Shown: positions 1 through 9,070, counted from the first letter of the stretch. The stretch is DNA of 13,898 nt from Azolla caroliniana (GCA_043228905.1 JBHGNT010000918.1:1-13898), one strand, 5' to 3'. Made by a program: numbers and translations. The notes: generated by a model from the letters alone, not told the origin.

Positions 1-2
1 AG

Positions 3-1070
3 CGGCAGGAGGAAAGAAATCGCCAACAGGAGGAGAGGATGAACCCAGAGAATGCCGAGCTGCAGAGTCAGCGTACAACCCTTAAAGAGATGGCTGACGA
101 GTTTTTCATCAAATGCAAGCTACTTTCAAAGCAAAAAGATGCCTTATCGGATTCCTACTTCGCCCTACAAGAAGAGAGAATCGTCGAACGGGAACAAATC
201 CGGGCCACGTGTCAGAAAGAACGGGAGCAGGCCACCGAAGAACTCACCAAGCGTTACGAGTAGGCTCTCTAGCTCGTAACCGCGGATGCAAAGAACACTC
301 AGGCCATCTATGAGTTAAGAACACAGAAGATTCAGGCCGAGGTCGACGGCTTAAAACAGGAATTAGCAGCCATCTGAGCATAGCCCGGCATGGATGAGAC
401 ACGCATCCGAATACTGATCGAGAAACAGCGCCAGCACCTTACCAAAAAGGTCGAGGAAACATTAGGTCGCGCAGGAGACGAATGGGCAGCCCAAGCTGCC
501 GAATTGCATATTTTAAGCGCCGACGCCGAGAACCGACGGAAGGAGGGCTGCGGCTTCTACAAAATGGACGAAGCCAGCATTCAAAACCTGCGTGCAGATT
601 TAACCGAGGATTACAAGTCCTTGGCAAAATCTCACACCGCGGCAATCGAGCAAATAATGGAGGACTTCAATGACGGTCAGATGTTGTTTCGCCTGGAAGC
701 AGAAGCCTTCGAACGAGAACGACTCGCAGCCATCCCCACCAGCCCTCCAATGGCCACAGAGCAGAAAGAAGAACCTCCCAGCAAGGAGATCACGGACACG
801 GCACAGGAGGAACTTGCCCCGGCCAACAGACATCCCATGGACGCCCACACGGTACCAGAGCTTGTCGAAGTAGAGGTCAGCGCCCACGAACCCCCACCCC
901 CACCAGAAGAATCGGTCGCACCTGAGGCGGACGTCCGAGAAGATATGCCACCCCCGAACCAAACTCAACCCCCCGCACCGACAGTCCAACCAGACCACCC
1001 TACCACCACCCCGGACCCCGAAAGCATCCTCGACATCTTAAAGGAGGAATCAAACGAGGATCACCCCTAA
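3..1070 (+). pseudogene. Disrupted long ORF (E/K/Q/R-rich coiled-coil region, Pro/Thr/Glu-rich C-terminal tail); probable antisense extra ORF of the element at 1-1224
   Basis: ORFs 39-263 and 390-1070 share one frame, which is open back to position 3 (RQEERNRQQEERM). The only interruptions are TAG 261, TAG 270, TGA 375 and TAG 381, each one C>T change from CAG or CGA. No gag or pol motif is recognisable. Confidence 0.7.
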
Positions 1071-1131
1071 AAGGCAATTTTTGTAATATTGTTAGTATTT
1101 TGTAAGCCGTGGGTCCGACGGACAAGGTCCG

Positions 1132-1148
1132 GTCCCACGGGCGTGCCA
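1132..1148 (-). other. Primer binding site, tRNA-Arg type
   Basis: TGGCACGCCCGTGGGAC lies 2 nt after the LTR's terminal CA. It is complementary to the plant tRNA-Arg(UCU) 3' end as I recall it (GTCCCACCGGGCGTGCCA), with a one-base gap. Confidence 0.75.
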
Positions 1149-1150
1149 GG

Positions 1151-1224
1151 TGTTGCCCAGAGGACAGAAATGTAAAATTAGGAAATTAGCAAACGCCGAG
1201 TCCGAGTACCCCCACCCATAAACA
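1151..1224 (-). repeat. Putative 5' LTR, only 74 bp
   Basis: TGTT...AACA inverted termini, bounded by a precise host-gene breakpoint on one side and a PBS on the other. The partner LTR is outside the window. Confidence 0.65.
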
Positions 1225-3862
1225 AGCAGAATCAAGTTTCTTATTCTCGAATGCTATTGGTTTACCATCTTGATATAAGACAACACCTATAGCATAATCG
1301 CTTGCATCGGTTTCAACCTCAAAAGGTTTTGAAGTATCGGGTAAAAGAAGTGAAGGAGCCTTGCATACCAGGTCCTTGAGTTCCATAAAGGCAAGGTCTA
1401 GTGTAGCATTCCACACAATAGGTTTTGTAGACTTACGCGTTTGACCTTTTAAAAGATCAGTAAATGGCGTCGTCAATTGGGAGTAATTACGAAGGGATTT
1501 TCGCAAAAACCTGACAAAACCAAGGAATGATCGAACTTCTCGAATATTCCGAAGAGTGGGCCAAAGCTTGATTTTCTCGATGCGAGAAGGATCAATTTCA
1601 ACTCCTCGTTCGGTTAATTGATTTCTTGAAGAACTCACATTTTGAGATCTTCGTGTAAAATTGTTTGTCACGCAATGTTTGTAAAACAAAGCGGACATGT
1701 TTAGTATGTTCTTGTAATGTATGAGTATAAACAAAAATATCATCCAAGAAAATAACGACAAATTTTCCAAGTTGTTCTTGTAAAATGTCATTCATTTCTT
1801 GTTGAAATGTAGCCAGAGCATTGGTCAAACCAAAAGGCATAACCAAAAACTCATAATGGCCATAGCGCGTACGAAATGCCGTTTTAGGAACATTGTCCTC
1901 ACTTATACGAATTTGATGGTAGCCAGTACAGAGATCAAGTTTCATAAAATACCGAGCTCCCTGGAGACGGTCAATTAGATCGTCAGCCCGGGGCAATCGA
2001 TACGAATTCTTGATCGTCACTTTATTGAAGCATCGGTAATTAATACACATACGCCATGTGCCCTCTTTCTTTTTAACCAAGAGAATTGGTGCACCCCTTG
2101 GAGATTGTACTATAACGTATATAACCCATTCATAAATAGTCCTTGAATTGCTTAGATACCTCATCTTCTTTGGATCAACTTAAGCGATAAGGAGGTATAC
2201 TTATTGGTGCAACACTAGGTACAATATCTATACGATGGTCTATATTACGTTTAGGAGGTAAGCCATCTGGTAGTTCACTCGGAAAAACATCACGAAAATC
2301 ATTTAAGATTTCATCAAGTTGTTGTTGTTCAAAATATGTTAATTGAACCGAGACATTATCGATATTGTAAACGTGAATGTCCGGATCAAGTACACAATAA
2401 AATAGAGTAGAACAAGACAACTCGGATATTGATGGACACGAGGAAACAATCGAGAGGGATTGTTTTTTTACACATTGAATAAAATGAGTACAATTGTTCA
2501 GTACAAATGTAATTGAATGATGAACCCAATCAATAGATAAAGAAGAGCTTTTATTATAAAACCAGGGATAACCCAATATTACATCGGTGGTACAAAGATT
2601 CATTACATGGAAGTCTACTTCCTCTATATAAGTGTCAATAGAAATTCCTAATGAATGAATTGCCCCGTTGATGTATCGTACTCTTCTAACAGCCAAGTGC
2701 ATCGTGTAGGTGTGATCACTTACGGTGGGTTGGATTACCCATATCTGAACCAAACGATCATTCAAAAAATTGTGTGAGCTTCCCAAATCAAACAAAAATT
2801 GCATGGGAGATCCATTGATATACCCGTTTGCACATAGTAAATCATTGGGACCCAATACATAGTCAGGGAAAGAACATTGACAATTACTTAAATGATGTGT
2901 ATAGACCTGAAGGACATTAGGAATTTGACCTTTATGGTCTGCAACTTTAGCTTTCTTGTCGTGCTCTTTCTGTTGGAGCTTTCGACATTGATCTTTTGTA
3001 TGACCCTTCTTTTTGCAGAATACGCAAAAAGGATGTTGTCGCTTACAATCGCGATCCATGAATTCGTTGGGTGTCTTGCGTTTCCCAACGAATTGCGACT
3101 GCTTAGTCCCGGGTGCTTCGTTGGGTTTGTTTTGGTCCTTCTTCGAAGTGCATTGATAGCGAAGAACTATTTCAACGGCCTCTTCGAAGGATTTTGGATC
3201 CTTATTGTGCACTATCCAGTGATAGTCCAAATTGGGGATGCCATTGACAAAACAAGCTATTAACCAATTGTCTCCTTCTAGACCCGACTTTTGGATTTGG
3301 GTTCTAGCATGGTGGACATAATCTTCTAGCGAGGAAAATTTCCGACTAGAGAGGTTCATTAAAGCTTGTGCTGCCTCGGTTCGAGAGGGAGGTTGCAGAA
3401 ATTGGCCCTTGAAAACTGTGACAAAATCTGTCCAAGTATCGGACAATTTCCCCAACGTACGGAGCCCACGCCACTAGGCGGCGGCCTTACCCCCTAGTTC
3501 TTGGCCAACATATGCAATCTTCGTACTATCTGGCGTGGGATAGAACTCAAAATGAGACTCTCATCAACCCAGCCACGTGCAGATTGCTTCTTCGGTTCTT
3601 TCCTTTTTGTCTCATGTAAATGGCTTAACGACAAACGATAGTTCATCCTGTCGCTCATCAGGTCTATTAGTCTCACGTTGTAGACTAATGACACGTCCTC
3701 GAGAGCACTTTTAGATTGCCGAAGTTCGGTCATCTATTGAGCGGTGAAACTAAGGTATTGGGTTATTTGCAAAAAATACATCTCAATGGACATTTGTCCA
3801 GGAGGATTCCCTTGAGTTCCTTCCGCTTGAGCGGATGACATTGGGTCATTATTTTGAGCCAT
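1225..3862 (-). pseudogene. gag-pol polyprotein pseudogene (Gag, CCHC knuckle, aspartic protease, RT, N-terminal RNase H)
   Basis: Probable ATG at 3862 (MAQNNDP). Gag motif GKAAA*WR..TWTDFVTVFKGQF; knuckle CVFCKKKGHTKDQC; protease FLFDLGSSHNF; RT motifs [39 protein letters not shown] and FLDDI; RNase H FEVETDASDYAIG. Stops occur at 3734 and 2175 among others, with frameshifts near 3565, 2110 and 1618. Confidence 0.95.
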
Positions 3863-3920
3863 TAAATGATTATTTCTGGAAAAGAAATAGGATAAGGTCA
3901 GAGAGATAGTCATAACATCA

Positions 3921-4809
3921 TGTCGTGATGTAAACATATCATGGGCAAACATTAATCGATATCATGATCTCACGTCAATACCCCTCTAAACATATGAGAT
4001 GAGGTTCAAGATCAGGTTACTATGGTAACACAAAGGTGTTTTAAAAACCATGGGGGTGACAAATAAATGTCTTTCCCTGATCTCTATATCAATTTTTTCA
4101 TGGTGGCTCCCCGAGGCTCAACCATGTATGTTCGCGTCATGAATAGTTTATACACAAAAAAAATGTTAACAATAAACTATGTTTCTATGCCCACATATGT
4201 GGTTTTGGCTCTTTAAGTCCTATTACGAGGACCCCAAGTGCACTATCAACGATGTTGTATGGTCTTGGTCATATTTGAACTCGAGACCTTGAGAACAAAT
4301 GCATTAAACACTTGAGCCAACCAAGTAGGTTGCTCTTCTTGAATATTTAATGTTTCATGCGTATAAGAGATATGCGAGGCATTTGCCCATATATGTATTT
4401 TTTAAAAGAAACATATATGTCGAGAGTCCTTATTTCTCCCTCATTTACTACAACTATGTTGGTACATTACCTAACCTCAAGTCTCATAATTACTATGGCA
4501 TACGCCAAAGTGCAACCTAATGGTCAAGCCAAATGAGGACTCTTTTCATAGTAGGCCCACGTGGCCCATCACATGGTCACGTCAATACGAATGCCTCTCG
4601 TAAGAATGATCTCATGGTGGCATCGTATCCATGTAATGAGGGAGGGATGTTGGATACATGTGTCATAAGAGCGACCTCACATGAAGTGGGTCAAACCCTA
4701 CGTACTCAACATCATTATGGCTATTGGCGTTTCTATACGTAACAAAATATCGAAGTCACCAACGGGGATTTCAACAATAAAAAATTGTTGAAAAAAAAGG
4801 ATGGTGACA
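3921..4809 (-). mobile_element. Probable solo LTR (about 889 bp) related to the LTR at 8960-10011, inserted in the chromovirus leader
   Basis: Minus-strand termini are TGTCAC...CACGACA. Collinear blocks are shared with the 8960 LTR: TGTAGTAAATGAGGGAGAAATAAGGA (4452-4427) vs TGTAGTCACAAGGGGAGATCAAGGA (9484-9508), and AATATTCAAGAAGAGC (4347-4332) vs AATATACAAGAAAAGC (9608-9623). A TATA-like CTATGAAAAG near 4552 follows a CACGTG/GGGCC motif. No convincing TSD (catca vs acacg). Confidence 0.55.
4264..4326 (-). other. tRNA-like module (Pol III A/B-box-like) inside the solo LTR
   Basis: A-box-like TGGCTCAAGTG (4319-4309) and B-box-like GTTCAAAT (4280-4273), closed by an acceptor-like stem CTTGGT/ACCAAG. 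A-to-B spacing is about 6 nt shorter than in a tRNA. Confidence 0.5.
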
Positions 4810-5014
4810 ACACGATTCTCACAAAAATGTGAGGACGGCCACCAAGAACCTTTCCCCGAAAAGGAAAACATTCGATTTAAAATCACGTAAGAACGTATAT
4901 ACACATGTATATTATCACATATATACAATCAACTACGTATACACGTGACCACATATGCCTATATTAAAGAAATCGTTATATTTAATAGCCAAAAATGACG
5001 TAATCGAGATATGT

Positions 5015-5273
5015 AATCGAGGCATATACCTCTACGCACACGAGACATCCCAAAATAAGGGTTCAACGTAATACGCAATTGAGGTATTGACCTCTTACAC
5101 ATACGAGACCAAACGCATATCATTTACAACAAAATCGAGGTGTTGACCTCATACGCAAACGTAACATATGTTCGTGAACGTAATACGTAATTGAGGTATT
5201 AACCTCGTACGCATACAACACTTATCATATATTATTTATATGTCGAACAAGGTATTGACCTCGTGCACATATG
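5015..5273. repeat. Five-copy array of the palindromic core GAGGTATTGACCTC with divergent spacers
   Basis: Cores start at 5019, 5081, 5137, 5193 and 5249 (spacing 62, 56, 56, 56). Extended consensus is about AATYGAGGTATTGACCTCNTACRCATACG. Confidence 0.9.
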
Positions 5274-5447
5274 TAAACGTTTTAGATAACCAATTAAATA
5301 CCACTACAACATAATTTAATTAATGACAATAACAAGAAAGATTACCGAAGTTCCTTATTGATCCTTGTCTGCATGAAGGCCAACCGCACAACGATCGATA
5401 GCCATCCATCGAGAAGATAAGACCAACAAAAGAAAGACTAGTACATA

Positions 5448-5460
5448 GGCTCGGATACCA
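5448..5460 (-). other. Primer binding site, initiator tRNA-Met type
   Basis: TGGTATCCGAGCC, one mismatch from the canonical TGGTATCAGAGCC, 2 nt after the LTR end. Confidence 0.85.
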
Positions 5461-5462
5461 AA

Positions 5463-5919
5463 TATTAGAGACATGTACTAAAGTAAGCATTAGATAAGGA
5501 TAGATCTAGGTAGATAGAAAGAAAGGAGAGAGAGAAAGAAGGGTGTTGATCCACCCTACCACCCCCGAGCGAAGTGATCAAGACGGACTCGAGCCTCGAT
5601 TGGCGTCCCATACCACCGCCGTGGCGTCGAGTCGTACCTGGTGCTCGCTCGCTCGCTACAAGAGTTGATCCACCACAAGACAGAGTCTCAACCTAGTCAA
5701 CAAGATAATGAAATGAGAGTAACTAGGCCTCTTATTTATAGCGATACCCAAGGCCCCCAGGCAATTTTACACTTGGCCTAATGGATTGTCTCAATCCCGA
5801 GGATTTAAAAGTAATCCTCCCCTTCTTTACACTCTCGTTTAACCGTCACACTTATCCACGTGTATAGAATACTACGGTAAATTCTCACCACGGGATATTA
5901 TATGGTCATGCCCGTAACA
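5463..5919 (-). repeat. Chromovirus LTR (457 bp), TGTTA...TAATA
   Basis: Reverse-complement homolog of 7933-8333. TATAAATA at 5740-5733. PPT upstream and PBS downstream. Confidence 0.93.
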
Positions 5920-6040
5920 TACTCCCCCCCTCTTTAAAACATTGCACTCTTGCAATGGAAAGTTAGGGAAGTTAGTTCTGAGAGTACTTTCATGTTCCCA
6001 TGTGGCATCTTTTATTGATTTATCCATCCATTTTATTTTA
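5920..6040 (-). pseudogene. 3' end of another chromovirus copy: chromodomain C-terminal half plus polypurine tract
   Basis: Translates KIKWMDKSIKDATWEHESTLRTNFPNFPLQECNVLKRGG and matches 7814-7932 in reverse complement. PPT AAAGAGGGGGGGAG at 5935-5922. Confidence 0.9.
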
Positions 6041-6044
6041 CCTA

Positions 6045-7946
6045 GCTCCTTCACTTCTTTTACCTGATCCTTCAAAACCTTTTGAGGTTGAAACCGAAGC
6101 AAGCGATTATGCTATAGGTGTTGTCTTATATCAAGATGGTAAACCAATAGCATTCAAGAGTAAGAAACTTGATTATGCTCAATGTCGGTATACCGTTCAA
6201 GAAAAGGATTTATTCGCAGTTATACATACGTTCAAAACATGGTGCCATTATCTTTATGGAAATCACTTTGTGGTAACTACGGACCATGAGTGCTTGAAAT
6301 ATTTTTGTGACCAACAAGACCTGAAAGGTCGTAAGGCACGATGGGTTGATCTCATCTAAGACTTTGATTTTTCCATACGATAACGTAAAGGTTCCATGAA
6401 CACTGTGGTTTTGATGCACTAAGTCACATCTGTGAATTTAACATGCTTAGCTTTACTAAAATAACATCAGATCTTTATGATCACCTTCGAGGAAAGTATC
6501 CTGATGATAGTTATTTCGCAAAATACTGGGCAAGAGTAGAGTCTGGAACAGACACCACAACATCCTCGAAGGAATACTTCCACATTGCTAATGGTCTGCT
6601 CTACCGTAATGGGAAAGTTTGTGTTCCAGATCTGCCTGAGGTAAAGAAGAGAATTCTGTTTGAATGCCATGATGCACCCTCAACAGGGCACCCTAGAATA
6701 CATCGTACACTCGTTCTCATCTCCACTCAATTCTATTGGCCTAAGATATGCCCTGACATACATAGTTATGTGACTAAATGTCACCAATGTCAGGTTAACA
6801 AAGCCGAGTGACTTAAAGCCGCCAAACTTTTACATCCCTTGGACATTCCACATAATAAGTGGGAAAGTATATCCATGGATTTTATTGTTAGCCTTCCTTG
6901 CACCCAAAAAGGCCATGATGCAATCTGGGTTGTGGTTGATAGACTAACTAAAATGGCCAAGTTTATTGCTACTAAAACCACAGTAACAGCTCCTGAATTG
7001 GCTTACCAACTCATTGACGAGTTATTTCTTTTTTATGGGTTACTGATGGATATCGTGAGTGATCGAGATCCAAAATCTACTAGTGACTTATGGACGCAAG
7101 TCTTTAAGAAGTTAGAAACTAAGTTGAGCATGAGCTCCACGGATCATCCTCAATCCGATGGACAGACAAAATGAGTAAATCAAATTATTGAGGACATGTT
7201 TCGAGCATACGTTGGTGCAAAACAAACAAAATGGGAATGTTATCTCCCAATTTTGGAGTAACTTGCTTATAACAGCTCCAAGCATACGTCCTTTTATGTT
7301 GATGTATGGTTTTTAGCCACGACCCCCGATTGATGTTAATATACATCATGATGAGTTGTGAAGTACGCAAAACTTCCTTCGGGATATGCAAGATATGTTG
7401 CATATTGCACGAGATAATATAAAAACATCTCAAGATAGAGCACGTTTTTATGTCGATCATCATAGGCAACCTCGTGTATTCAACCCTGCACAGAAGGTAT
7501 TTTTACGTGTACCTCACAATTCTAAGACATTGTCTAAGGGTAAGTGCGCTAAGTTAGCCCCACGGTTTTGTGGACCTTTTATAGTCCTCAAACGCATTGG
7601 GTCATCAGCCTATTGTCTCGCTCTTCCCGATGCCATTGAAATTCATCCAATTTTTCATGTGACTCGTCTAAAAGAACTTCTAGGTTCTGGCGACAATACA
7701 GTTACAACTAAAACTCTGGTTACTTCTGAAGAATTATCTTCTAAACCACATGTACTAGAAAGAATTCTCGATGTTAAAACAAAAAAATTACGTACTAAAG
7801 AAATCCGAGAATTTAAAATAAAATGGATGGATAAATCAATAAAAGATGCCACATGGGAACGTAAAAATACTCTCATAACTAACTTCCCTAACTTTCCATT
7901 GCAAGAGTGCAATGTTTTAAAGAGGGGGAGTATGTTACGGGCATGA
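6045..7946 (+). pseudogene. pol pseudogene: RNase H, integrase (HHCC, core, GPF/Y motif), chromodomain
   Basis: Motifs FEVETEASDYAIG..TTDH; HDAPSTGH..CHQC; WESISMDF, IVSDRDP, HPQSDGQT; RFCGPF; ERILD..KIKW..DATWE..FPNF. Multiple stops (6357, 6809, 7172) and frameshifts. The frame runs through the PPT and ends 14 nt inside the LTR. Confidence 0.95.
7919..7930 (+). other. Polypurine tract
   Basis: AAAGAGGGGGAG, 2 nt before the LTR's TG. Confidence 0.9.
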
Positions 7947-8333
7947 CCATATAATATCCCGTGGTGAGTGTAAAGAAGGGGAGGATTACTTTTAATCATC
8001 GGGATTGAGATAACCCATTAGGCCAAGTGTGAACTTGCCTGGGGGCCTTGGGTATCGCTATAAATAAGAGGCCTAGATACCCTCATTTGATCATCTTGTT
8101 GACTACGTCGAGACTCTATCTTGTGGTGGGTCAACTCTTCTAGTGAGCGCGCCAGCACCAGCTATGACTCGACACCACGACGGTGGTATGGGATGCCGAT
8201 CGAGGCTCGAGCCTGTCTCAATCCCTTTGCTCGGGGGTGGTCGGGTGGATTGGCACCCTTCTTTCTCTCTCCTTTCTATTTTGATCTATATTCTATCCTT
8301 ATCTAATGCTTACATTAGTTCAAGTCTCTAATA
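7933..8333 (+). repeat. Chromovirus 3' LTR (401 bp), TGTTA...TAATA
   Basis: Follows the PPT; TATAAATA at 8059-8066. Homology to 5919-5463 ends at 8333. It lacks the 52-bp block corresponding to 5832-5883. Confidence 0.93.
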
Positions 8334-8649
8334 GACATCATTAGCAACTAGGCTCAGTGGGGTTGATTCAAGGTTCTGGGAGTTGAGGAAATATTGCATC
8401 AAGTGTTCAGAAACACTGTTGTTATGAACCTTAGATTTACATGCTGGGTTGAGTATTTCATTACTTTTCACAATCTAATTCACTACAATCTTCCAAAAGA
8501 ATTGGGTGAAGCTAATCTAAAGATGATTTGATAGCGGGACTCTTAATCTCAGCCACATTGCCAAATATCTCCTCATCGGTTATAACGCCATCTCAACTGG
8601 ACACCTCATGCAAGTGAGTTAATCCATGAGGTTCTACAACAACATGTAT

Positions 8650-8959
8650 AAGCTAATTAGCGGTTGGTAATTCTAGCATGCTCCAACTCTCTATCTATTT
8701 AGCTCTTTAGCTCCTTATCTCGCTTAGGTCAACAACCTTAGCATATTCTGTGTGATGTTTGTTGCTAATAAGCTACTTCTCTATAGTTGGTTAGCTACTT
8801 CTCTTTAGCTATTCCATACTTCTTTGTAGGTGCTTAGTTACTTCTATGAAGCTATGTAGTTGCTACACTATGGTTTGGCATTAACTAATTAGCTTCTACC
8901 CTTCACGAAGTAGCTAATTAGCTACCACTATTGTACTACTATAGCTAATTAGTTACCGT
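8650..8959. repeat. Left, more decayed part of the TAGCTAATTAGCTA satellite
   Basis: Cores near 8651, 8882, 8911 and 8942 have the same spacers as the 11447-12221 array (e.g. ctacccttcacgaag). Many TAGCT half-sites lie between them. Confidence 0.8.
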
Positions 8960-9070
8960 TGTCGTGAAGTACAAAAGCTTCACATAATGTTTTATAAAGG
9001 TAATACTGAAAACACACTATGATAATATTATACATTATATGTACAGGGAAATAATATATACATATTACAT

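Larger units (their letters stand above)
1..1224 (-). mobile_element. 5' end of an LTR retrotransposon (tRNA-Arg primed, tentatively Tat/Ogre/Retand-like gypsy) nested in the chromovirus RNase H; continues left of the window
   Basis: The minus strand reads TGTT...AACA (1224-1151), then CC, then a TGG-initiated PBS. The host RNase H (..KKLDSA) stops exactly at 1225, whereas the sister copy at about 6162-6188 continues aagaaacttgattatgct|caatgtcgg. Base composition also shifts to GC-richer at this point. Confidence 0.75.
1225..5919 (-). mobile_element. Ty3/gypsy chromovirus (Reina-like), copy A: LTR-PBS-leader-gag-PR-RT-partial RNase H
   Basis: LTR 5919-5463, Met-type PBS and gypsy domain order. 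Its RNase H (1225-1360) and LTR match copy B, which carries the integrase and chromodomain. Confidence 0.92.
6045..8333 (+). mobile_element. Ty3/gypsy chromovirus copy B, 5'-truncated: RNase H-integrase-chromodomain-PPT-3' LTR
   Basis: Domain motifs, PPT and LTR are in canonical order. Same family as copy A, in the opposite orientation. Confidence 0.93.

Noticed and set aside
439-998. Short overlapping ORFs on alternative frames and strands (also 2892-3263, 7655-7999, 10417-10719, 12959-13820)
   Set aside because: These are shadow ORFs of the real coding frames, with no recognisable motifs.
1186-1791. 201-aa ORF as an independent gene
   Set aside because: It is a chimera: an off-frame RT N-terminus, the real RT/RH segment after a small deletion, and read-through into the inserted LTR (CLWVGVLGLGVC).
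5015-5273. True CRISPR array
   Set aside because: The context is a eukaryotic retrotransposon with no cas genes in the window. The repeats are degenerate and alternate spacers are related to each other.
5872-6359. ORFs 5872-6102 (-) and 6000-6359 (+) as novel fusion proteins
   Set aside because: Both simply cross the inverted junction at 6040-6045, so half of each is antisense pol sequence.
8349-8392. Further tRNA-like head (TAGGCTCAGTGG)
   Set aside because: There is an A-box-like motif but no convincing B-box at a suitable distance.
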